From assembly GCA_965222605.1 (NCBI GenBank), contig OZ244960.1:320001-384000 (forward strand): DNA of 64,000 nt, written 5' to 3'. This DNA is from Candidatus Latescibacterota bacterium. Its GTDB lineage: Bacteria > Latescibacterota > UBA2968. Position numbers and translations under genes: made by a program. Position 1 is the first letter of the stretch; every line of letters begins with the position of its first letter. Under the pieces are notes generated by a model. That model worked only from the letters and a program-made list of their open reading frames with translations. It did not search any database and was not told the origin of the DNA. This document shows, in pieces, positions 56,241-64,000 of the stretch.

Positions 56241-57287
56241 TTAAGCTAAAGTTATACCAACTGCGTGTCCTGTTTCGCAAATCTGTCGCCAGGTCTCATC
56301 ATCTATATCTACGCCACGCGCTTCTTTCTGCCGCCGCATGCGCGCTTCCATCTCGCCCGGCATCAAAATCTCATCGAACCCGGGGGCGAGCCGGGCACTC
56401 TTCAAAAATTGCACAAATGATTGCATTTCATCTTGAAACTGATCGCGCCCGACAAAAGCCCCAATATCGAGCGCCATAATAAACACCCCATTGCCGCCAG
56501 AAAGCCCACCCTCGCGACTGCACCCACCGCCACCAAGTGCGCCAGACAAAACATCGACCACCACAGAAAGCGCGTAGCCCTTATGCGCTGAAATCCCGCC
56601 AAAAGGCAAAATAGCCCCTCTGGGTGGACCGTAAAATTCTGCCGGATCCGTCGTCGGATCGCCCTCTGCATCGATCACCCAGCCTTCGGGCAAGGACTCG
56701 CCCAAATTGCGCTTCACCCGAATTTTCCCTTCCGCGACAACACTCGTGGTTAAATCCGCGACAATCGGAAAATCGCCCCCGGTGGGAATGCCCACAGCGA
56801 TGGGATTGGGCGACATGCGCGCGTCAATGCCGCCAAACGGATGCTGAAGCAATCCCCCGCCGTGATTATTGCACATCACAATGCCAATCATCTCGGCCTC
56901 GGCAGCGACCTCCACATATTCACCCAAACGCCCAATATGACCGCTATTGAAAAGCTCGACCACCGCAACCGACCGCTGTTTTGCCTTTTCCATTGCCAGC
57001 ATCATAGCCTGATGGCAAACGGTTTGTCCAAACCCCCAACCCCCATCGACGACCGCCGAGGCATCGGCCTCGCGCACAACCGCGATCTCTTGCCCGGCAC
57101 TCACGCGCCCTTCTCTGAGCGCCTGAACGTATTGCACAACGCGAATCACACCGTGGGAATCGTGACCCATCAAATTGGACAACACCAGCGAATGCGCAAT
57201 CTGGCGCGCTTCTTCAGCACCCAGTCCCGCGCCTTCAAACACCTGCGAACAAGCTCCTTTGAGCTTTTCAACATCCAAAACAGGCAT
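56241..57287 (-). CDS. Ldh_2-family (type 2 malate/L-lactate/sulfolactate) dehydrogenase
   Basis: GHDSHG, GHIGRLG, NPIA, D..TS..AEGK, HKGYAL, MPGE. Confidence 0.88.
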   Translation of the reverse strand: MPVLDVEKLKGACSQVFEGAGLGAEEARQIAHSLVLSNLMGHDSHGVIRVVQYVQALREGRVSAGQEIAVVREADASAVVDGGWGFGQTVCHQAMMLAMEKAKQRSVAVVELFNSGHIGRLGEYVEVAAEAEMIGIVMCNNHGGGLLQHPFGGIDARMSPNPIAVGIPTGGDFPIVADLTTSVVAEGKIRVKRNLGESLPEGWVIDAEGDPTTDPAEFYGPPRGAILPFGGISAHKGYALSVVVDVLSGALGGGGCSREGGLSGGNGVFIMALDIGAFVGRDQFQDEMQSFVQFLKSARLAPGFDEILMPGEMEARMRRQKEARGVDIDDETWRQICETGHAVGITLA

Positions 57288-57483
57288 AAACCTTCCCCCT
57301 TAAATTATATCGGGCCATAATCTACATTTAACTGGTATAATGGTCAATGTAAAATCGGTAAAAAGTTCGGTGCGATCACGGGCGCAGCGAGTAGAGATTG
57401 GGGGCTGGGGAACGATATTACAACTTGACAGAACTCTAAAAAATCGCTTTTTATTGTTCCCATCGCCGCCCTGGAGGTTATTT

Positions 57484-57825
57484 TTGTTCTACAAAGTGCC
57501 TATATTCGCATTCGCGTTGCTAACCATCTGCACCGCTCAACCAGTCCCCAACACCAGCCCAGCTACTATGTCCACCTCCGACCGCATCCAACGCTACCCG
57601 CCCAACCCCGGCGTCGAGTACGCCCTCTTTTTTCCCAACGGCGGCAACGTGCTGCTGAACGTGGAAGCGGCAAAAAGAAAAAAACTCCATGTGCGCTGGC
57701 TGGACATTCGCCAGGGCACGTGGCAGGACGAAGAAGTCGCCGCACCAACGCACTACCTGCGATTGGTGACGCCGAAAAAAAAAGGATACTGGGCCGCAGT
57801 GGTCAAAGCCGAGTCGAATAAATAA
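57484..57825 (+). CDS. Short secreted protein, probably an internally deleted remnant ending in a collagen-binding-like beta domain
   Basis: GGAGG then TTG; signal-like N-terminus, DRIQRYPPNP joined to GVEYALFFPNGG..RWLDI..W. Confidence 0.45.
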   Translation: MFYKVPIFAFALLTICTAQPVPNTSPATMSTSDRIQRYPPNPGVEYALFFPNGGNVLLNVEAAKRKKLHVRWLDIRQGTWQDEEVAAPTHYLRLVTPKKKGYWAAVVKAESNK

Positions 57826-57832
57826 TAAAAAC

Positions 57833-57861
57833 ACAAGCCCCCGCATTTTGCGGAGGCTTGT
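57833..57861. terminator. Hairpin terminator between convergent genes
   Basis: ACAAGCCCCCGCA/TGCGGAGGCTTGT stem with a flanking A-tract. Confidence 0.65.
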
Positions 57862-57950
57862 CCCATCACCCTCCAGTCTTTCTGTTGCGTTTGGCTTTCG
57901 CAACCAGTGACTTCATTTTACACTCAGACCTCTCTCAATTCGCTTCTTTT

Positions 57951-60893
57951 TTATATTTCCACTTGATCGAGCGATGTAACCACATCGTAATCGACATTGA
58001 GCGATTCAAAGTGCTTTCGACCACAATCAATTTTCCAATTCTCTCCCATCCTGCGATCCTCAGAATCGAGCGTGCTCTTGGTCTCACGCACAAAATAGAG
58101 CTTCTCGTCCCGCTCCGTAACAAAAGCCCAATCCGGATTGTATGGGCCGATAGGCGTGTCAATCTTGAACCAAGAAGGAAGTTTGAGGAATAGCCTGACA
58201 TTTTCATGATTATCCAGGTCATGTGCAAACTGCTTCTCAACCTCAGACTCGTACTCGATAGTATCGAAAAGTGCCTTATTCTCGTTCTGAACCTCGTACA
58301 AGTTATGTAAATAACGGACAATACCCTCTTCAGCCTCCTGTTCAATACGCCTCATTTCCCAGTACTGACCTTTGACCTTTTCATACTGAATGCCATTGAG
58401 CATCAGATCGCGCATAGCACGAAAAATCTCTTTTGCCACCGCCGCCATAAAAACTTGCGGATTGACCTTGAAGGCAGGTAAGCGTTCCGACTGTTTCAGT
58501 ATTTTGACAAGTGCGTAGCGGGTCAGTTCCGTCTCCTTCTGGAGAAAATTCAGGATATCGGGCAAGATAGCGACCGGGCTTACATCGCGGCGTCGCGTCG
58601 CAATTTGCCTGTCGGCTGAAACACCCGCCTCCGAAATATCGACCTCAACAACTGTTGTTGCAATTTCAGGAGGTTCAATGGGCGCGAGATTTTTGATGCG
58701 CTCAACTGCCTTGTAGATCAACTCGTCGGTATCAAAGGCCACACGATAGCGCGTACGATGCTTGATCTTATTCCAAAGTGCCTTAAAATCATCGCTCAGG
58801 TAAACTTCCTTTCGCAATTTGAGCGCGCGTCGCTCACGGGCATTTACCACGCGGTTTTTGAAGACCTTCTTGCTCACCTCGTCAATAATCTCAGGCACCA
58901 GGTCCTTAAACTCGTCGGATATCTGAAGCTGAAAATGCGGTGCTCTTGGATTGAACTCATCCAGAATTTCACCGGACGTATTGAGATACCCATTGGCAAC
59001 CAAGTCGTCCCAAATTCTGGTCGAAGCATTCTGGCCAATTTCTTGCTCAGTCCTATCCGGTGCTGCCCGAACCAATTTGGCGAAGGCGATCTTCTCGACC
59101 ACGCCAAACTGAATCCCAAAATCTTCTTCAAACTCCGATTGCAGCGTACGGGCAAATTCCTCATAAGACTCATTGGCAACCACAGTGAGCCGGTTGACGG
59201 TTTCATCGCGAATACGCTCGCCATCCTGATTCACTGGCAGGCGCAGACCTCGCCCAATTTCCTGACGCTTTTTCTCAAATGAGTGGGTCTCGTTGAGCGT
59301 ACAAATTTGGAAGACATTGGGATTGTCCCACCCTTCCCGCAACGCGGAATGCGAAAAGATAAAACGGAGTGGCTCTTCAAAATCGAGCAAACGTTCCTTC
59401 TCCCTCATGATCAAATTATAAGTGTCTTCGTCTATCTTCGTGTTGCCCCGCGTATCTCTGGCGCGCCCCTTATCCATAGAGAAGTAGCCGTTGTGGATTT
59501 TGGAAATATTCTGGGTGGCAAATGCACCGTAAATCGGTTTGTCTGTCAGTTCCTCGTATGCATCCTCAAACCACTGGCCGACCTTTCCAAGCGTGGTGCT
59601 GCCATCTGTGTTGTACACCCGATAACTCGCCACCCGGTTAATAAAAAATAGTGAGAGCACCTTGACGCCTTTTTTCCTCAGAACACGCTCCTTTTGGAGA
59701 TGCCGCTCCACAGTCTCATAGACCTGTGCCTGCATAATCTCGTCGCCCAGTCCCCCGATTTCCTCCCCAATTTCCAATAAGTGTCCCTGATTGAACTCGA
59801 GATATTCCACACCCGGAGTGCAATCGATAGTCTGAACAATATACCCTTGCCGATAATTTTCCCGCTTGCCAGACTTCACGTACAAATCGTCGCCCTGCTT
59901 GACCCAAATTTTGGATGCTCTCGGTCCTTGCAGACCTTCCTTGTGAATCTCCACCTGTGCCCTAATGCCCTTCGTGTTATCGGTCTTTAACAGTTTGACA
60001 TAAGCGTCATTAAAACTGTCTTCAGAGCGCACTGATGCCACCTCAATACGCTTGACCAGACGCATGTCATAAGCCTTTATGGGGTCGAGTTTATACAGAA
60101 GATTATAGGGATTTCGATGCGTAGCACTATAACGCAGTGTGGCGGACGGATGCAGATTTTCTATCGCCCGCCTTGATTTGGGCGTATTATCCACGCTTTG
60201 CGGCTCGTCAATAATAACCATCGGTTGCGTGGCCTGAATAAACTCAATCGGTCGGTGACCGGACATACGATCATTTTCGCGGTTGATCACATTGAGTTTT
60301 TTTAACTCGTCTTCCGTCATATCTGCAAGTGCTCTATCCGCAACATCTTTCTGGAAGGATTGAATGTTGATGATCATAATCTGAATTTGATTGCTCGTGG
60401 CGAATTGTCGCACCTGACCGAGTTTTTTGGAATCATAGACAAAGTAATCGAATGGCACATTATCGTAGAGCGTACAAAAATGCTCTTTTGTCATCTCAAT
60501 GCTTTTCAGCACGCCCTCGCGGACAGCCACGCTGGGCACAACAACAATAAACTTCTTAAAGCTGTATGCCCTGTTCAACTCGAAAATTGTGCGGAGATAA
60601 ACATAAGTCTTGCCGGTGCCCGTCTCCATTTCAATGGAAAACGCCCGCCCTTGAAGCACGGATACTTTCTCAATATCATTGGCTTCCTGTATCTTGTGAA
60701 CATTGGCGAGAAGTGCGTCATCGCTGAGCGAAAGGTTATTCCCCACGCCGAGTTCAGATTGAAAAAGCCCTGCATCGGCTGTAAGGCTCAACGCAAACCC
60801 GGCCTGAGCAATAGTCTGCCCGTCGAACACATCTACAATGGCGTTGATCGCATCACGCTGATAGTCCAGTGATGGGTCAAATTTAAGTTTCAT
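57951..60893 (-). CDS. res: Type III restriction endonuclease subunit
   Basis: METGTGKT, IIDEPQ, RYSATH, SHSALREGWDNPNVFQIC, QEIGRGLR, YNPDW..ETK. Confidence 0.95.
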   Translation of the reverse strand: MKLKFDPSLDYQRDAINAIVDVFDGQTIAQAGFALSLTADAGLFQSELGVGNNLSLSDDALLANVHKIQEANDIEKVSVLQGRAFSIEMETGTGKTYVYLRTIFELNRAYSFKKFIVVVPSVAVREGVLKSIEMTKEHFCTLYDNVPFDYFVYDSKKLGQVRQFATSNQIQIMIINIQSFQKDVADRALADMTEDELKKLNVINRENDRMSGHRPIEFIQATQPMVIIDEPQSVDNTPKSRRAIENLHPSATLRYSATHRNPYNLLYKLDPIKAYDMRLVKRIEVASVRSEDSFNDAYVKLLKTDNTKGIRAQVEIHKEGLQGPRASKIWVKQGDDLYVKSGKRENYRQGYIVQTIDCTPGVEYLEFNQGHLLEIGEEIGGLGDEIMQAQVYETVERHLQKERVLRKKGVKVLSLFFINRVASYRVYNTDGSTTLGKVGQWFEDAYEELTDKPIYGAFATQNISKIHNGYFSMDKGRARDTRGNTKIDEDTYNLIMREKERLLDFEEPLRFIFSHSALREGWDNPNVFQICTLNETHSFEKKRQEIGRGLRLPVNQDGERIRDETVNRLTVVANESYEEFARTLQSEFEEDFGIQFGVVEKIAFAKLVRAAPDRTEQEIGQNASTRIWDDLVANGYLNTSGEILDEFNPRAPHFQLQISDEFKDLVPEIIDEVSKKVFKNRVVNARERRALKLRKEVYLSDDFKALWNKIKHRTRYRVAFDTDELIYKAVERIKNLAPIEPPEIATTVVEVDISEAGVSADRQIATRRRDVSPVAILPDILNFLQKETELTRYALVKILKQSERLPAFKVNPQVFMAAVAKEIFRAMRDLMLNGIQYEKVKGQYWEMRRIEQEAEEGIVRYLHNLYEVQNENKALFDTIEYESEVEKQFAHDLDNHENVRLFLKLPSWFKIDTPIGPYNPDWAFVTERDEKLYFVRETKSTLDSEDRRMGENWKIDCGRKHFESLNVDYDVVTSLDQVEI

Positions 60894-60907
60894 GGCAATT
60901 GGTCCTC

Positions 60908-62791
60908 TTACACCGTCTTAAATACCATCTCAGTTTCTTTAACCTCTGCATGTGATTTGAAAGTCAGCACCGCATTGACTTTGAGTTGATCGTTGCGCTG
61001 AAAAGCCGCGTCCAAACAGATAACCTGCGACGGGTTGGCATTGGCAAGTGCGTCAATCAACTCGGATGTCACCTCTTGTTCAAGGCAAATCAGAACCTTT
61101 CCATCCGCGATAGAAAACACCTCTTTTCCCGCCATATTCCGCTTTTCAACTTTGGTCGTCAGAGGGAATCCCGCATTCAGAAGAATCTCATACAGAATAT
61201 CCTCCGCGCTACTTTCCGTTGAAATGTGGTCAACGTGAAGCTCAAGCTGCTCTATGAGCGCGTCCGCATCGTCAACCGTGCCTTCCCACACCCTGAAGTT
61301 GGACTGGTCGAGTTTGAACGCCTTAAAGCCCAGGTCCAGCTTTCCATTGCCATTCAGATCGAGTTGACCGTTTTGCTCATCCTCGATTTGCTTCGCCGCG
61401 CGGCGGATGCGTTCTTTGCCAATATCTGCAATCGTTTCGTACCCCGTTTTATAGGCTTCTGATTTTTTATCTGTAGGTTCGGGCAATTGTACACAAATAT
61501 ATTTGCGACTGCCCCCATCCTCGGCATTCAATTGCATTACAGCATGAGCGGTTGTAGCAGAGCCTGCGAAGAAATCTATAATTATATCTCCCTCTCTGAG
61601 GGCACCTTGTTTCACTAAAAGTTTGATAAGAGAAGCGGGCTTTGGGAAGTCAAAATACCGACCTCCTATCAAGTCCCTGACCTCACGGGTTCCGTTTAGT
61701 GTATATCCAACATCTTTGGGAATAATGGATGATAACCCTGTAAATTCCGATTTTATCTCCGACAAGAATTTTTTCTCTCTCGGCCTTCCATTTGGACTCT
61801 TTGGGAAAACAATCCTGCCATCAGAAATTTTCTGTTCCATAGTTTCTCGGGAATACCGCCAGCCAGTATCCCGTGGACAGGAATATTCGATACCTCTATT
61901 TGGATCACTTATGGGATAGTGAAGGTTAGGACGCTGAGAAGCAGTAGCAAGTCCAAGAATGCTATTACTCATCCAAGGACCACGCGAATCGTTGTCGGGA
62001 TTTGAATATTTGTCAGTATCTATTTCTTTTCCCAAAATTTTAGCTTCTTCTGAGTTCTTCGCATATACGAGCACATATTCATGATCCGTCGAGGCATTTG
62101 TCTTGTTTCTGCTATCTACTATTTGACGGCTTTTCCATACAAGCTGAATAACGAAATTTTCTTCCCCAAATATTAAATCACATAGTGTTCTTAGGTTCAC
62201 AACTTCATTGTCATCAATAGAAATAAAAATCACCCCATCCTCGCGCAGCAGGCTGTAGGCGAGATAGAGGCGGGGGTACATCATATTCAGCCAGCGCGAA
62301 TGATAGCGACCGTCGGTATCTGTATTCGTCGAGAATTTGCGCCCATCTTCATCAACTTGCCCCGTATATGCCAAATAGGTTTTCAGTTCCTCACAATACT
62401 TATCGGGATAAATGAACTCCTTACCTGTGTTGTAGGGCGGATCAATATAGATCATTTTAATCTTTCCGAAGTACGCCTTCTGCAAGAGCTTGAGCACCTC
62501 CAGATTTTCGCCCTCAATAAACACATTTTCTGTCTCGTCAAAATTGACGGATTCATTCCTAACGGGCTTTAATGTGGCTGCGCTCAGCTTTTGAATGATT
62601 TTCATACACTCGGCCTTGCCCGGCCAATTCAGGCCAAAGCGTTCTGCGTCGGGGTCAACCCATTCGCCCAAAACGCGCTTGAGTTGATCAAAATCAATGC
62701 GCTCCTCGGTGAAGACCTCCGGAAATATCCTTTTGAGTGCCTCTCGCTTTTCTTCCGCGATATCCATCGACGCCAGCGTCATCTTTTCCAT
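60908..62791 (-). CDS. mod: Type III DNA methyltransferase subunit
   Basis: IEGENLEVLK, YIDPPYNTG, FISIDDNE, DFFAGSATTAHA, QLPE; ATG after GAGGTG. Confidence 0.95.
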   Translation of the reverse strand: MEKMTLASMDIAEEKREALKRIFPEVFTEERIDFDQLKRVLGEWVDPDAERFGLNWPGKAECMKIIQKLSAATLKPVRNESVNFDETENVFIEGENLEVLKLLQKAYFGKIKMIYIDPPYNTGKEFIYPDKYCEELKTYLAYTGQVDEDGRKFSTNTDTDGRYHSRWLNMMYPRLYLAYSLLREDGVIFISIDDNEVVNLRTLCDLIFGEENFVIQLVWKSRQIVDSRNKTNASTDHEYVLVYAKNSEEAKILGKEIDTDKYSNPDNDSRGPWMSNSILGLATASQRPNLHYPISDPNRGIEYSCPRDTGWRYSRETMEQKISDGRIVFPKSPNGRPREKKFLSEIKSEFTGLSSIIPKDVGYTLNGTREVRDLIGGRYFDFPKPASLIKLLVKQGALREGDIIIDFFAGSATTAHAVMQLNAEDGGSRKYICVQLPEPTDKKSEAYKTGYETIADIGKERIRRAAKQIEDEQNGQLDLNGNGKLDLGFKAFKLDQSNFRVWEGTVDDADALIEQLELHVDHISTESSAEDILYEILLNAGFPLTTKVEKRNMAGKEVFSIADGKVLICLEQEVTSELIDALANANPSQVICLDAAFQRNDQLKVNAVLTFKSHAEVKETEMVFKTV

Positions 62792-62876
62792 TGTCACCTC
62801 TATTTTAATAGTTACGGTATTACCCTACCGATTTTTTTAGATGGTCAAAAAATTTCTTTTGAATCATGAAGGGAGC

Positions 62877-64000
62877 TTAAACGGAGACAATCAAATCATG
62901 TGCGTGTGAACGTCTCCACATTTGAATGGTCTCCTCAATTTTTTCTTTTTCAAAAGGAAGAAGAGAAAACTTGCTGTTAATAGCCCACATAAATTTATCT
63001 AAAACAGCCTGGCGATTCCGTTCTTCTGTGATTGCATCTAAAACTGCAAAGATGAGTGTACGGCTATATGGTATAAAAGGGTTCTGCCATAAATGATAGA
63101 CAAAATTTACAGCGACTCCAATTGCAGAATCTTCATCACAATATTTGCCACTTAATGTCTTTAAAATCTGATCCAAAGGCAAATCAAGCTGCCATTTACT
63201 TTCGCGGGCGGCCTCTATCAAAGTATCACCATTTATAGCGGTATGGCGATAATTGCTTAATACCAGGTGTATGATTTTTTTTTGATACGCGTTATTATCA
63301 AGCTGGTTGAGTTCATTGCACTTCATCAGGATAATCTGTGTCCAAATACCATCAGCATTATATGCTTTTTTAGCAAAGATACGGAGCAGAAAGTCATCAG
63401 ACCAAAGCAATTTATCAGCTTCAGAGGCCAATAAAATCGTGTCATGGAAACTTTTTCCTAACAATTTTTCTAGTTTATTTCTTTCTCCCCTATCCATATT
63501 ACCAACAGCGGAAACAGGTAGCACTTCACAGTTTTCCCAAATCCATACAAGCAAATTTTCAAGATGTTCAGATTTTCTACTTAGTTCCTCTTCGGTTATT
63601 TCCCTGCGTATATACTGACCTCCTTCGTAACCCATCGTCATCAAACTACGTCCCTGCATTCCATGTATTTCATAAATTTTTTGTTGGATTTCATCAATAG
63701 TAGATTGTGCAATACCAAGTTTGCCAAATGTTTCAACGACAATATCGTGTATTTTCAAAACATAAATGTTCATGAGAGCGATAAGGTCAATAACCAGAGT
63801 TATATTTTTATTTTGCAGCAATTTTAGAGCAGCCTCGCGTTCAAGTTCATTACCTTCGCAGCAGCGTATTCCCACATCCTCCTCACATATCAAACTACCC
63901 CAAATATCTATAGGGTGCCTGTTGGCCCCGTTCGCCAATGCGCCAATCGTTATCTTTCCTTCTTTATAGATATCTTTTGCATTATCAATTCCTTCGGAAA
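62877..64000 (-). CDS. PIN-domain C-terminus of a larger protein (TPR-GreAB-PIN-like); partial
   Basis: The frame stays open to the window edge (..SEGIDNAKDIYKEGKITIGALAN..); LVIDLIAL, QSTIDEI, DTILLA, LWSDDFLLR; very AT-rich. Confidence 0.65.
   Translation of the reverse strand, partial: SEGIDNAKDIYKEGKITIGALANGANRHPIDIWGSLICEEDVGIRCCEGNELEREAALKLLQNKNITLVIDLIALMNIYVLKIHDIVVETFGKLGIAQSTIDEIQQKIYEIHGMQGRSLMTMGYEGGQYIRREITEEELSRKSEHLENLLVWIWENCEVLPVSAVGNMDRGERNKLEKLLGKSFHDTILLASEADKLLWSDDFLLRIFAKKAYNADGIWTQIILMKCNELNQLDNNAYQKKIIHLVLSNYRHTAINGDTLIEAARESKWQLDLPLDQILKTLSGKYCDEDSAIGVAVNFVYHLWQNPFIPYSRTLIFAVLDAITEERNRQAVLDKFMWAINSKFSLLPFEKEKIEETIQMWRRSHAHDLIVSV

Noticed and set aside
60908-62791. 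Phase-variable mod (phasevarion)
   Set aside because: No tandem simple-sequence repeat noticed and the frame is intact

Overview
Chromosomal window from a diderm (Gram-negative-type) bacterium with GC of roughly 50-55% by eye and several AT-richer islands. From left to right: (1) a long minus-strand run whose core is a Planctomycetes/Verrucomicrobia-type (PVM-like) bacterial microcompartment locus. It has PduL, 2 BMC-H, 3 EutN/CcmL pentamers, an acylating aldehyde dehydrogenase and a class II aldolase, and the three enzymes carry encapsulation-peptide-like helices. It continues, with start/stop overlaps or short gaps, into a signal-less sulfatase, an MFS transporter, a variant acetate kinase and an enolase-superfamily dehydratase, then GldG, DUF4340 and BatD-like genes. 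(2) A plus-strand surface-glycan cluster that includes a WecA/MraY-methyltransferase fusion. (3) A sigma54-type promoter ahead of a COG3014-LpoB-outer-membrane-protein operon. (4) Housekeeping and catabolic genes. (5) An island with a solo PLD-family nuclease, IS200, an IS5 (IS1031 subgroup) and a PD-(D/E)XK protein. (6) A second island with DUF2442, a 2-TM K+-channel-like protein overlapping a GIY-YIG-like gene, an unannotated 37-aa membrane peptide, a frameshifted GTPase and a higA pseudogene. (7) FGGY kinase, ABC exporter, hydantoinase/oxoprolinase A/B, tRNA-Gly(GCC) and oxidoreductases. (8) A type III restriction-modification pair preceded by the truncated 3' end of a PIN-domain gene. No CRISPR array, rRNA or integrase was seen. 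All family calls come from motif recognition by eye, not from database searches.
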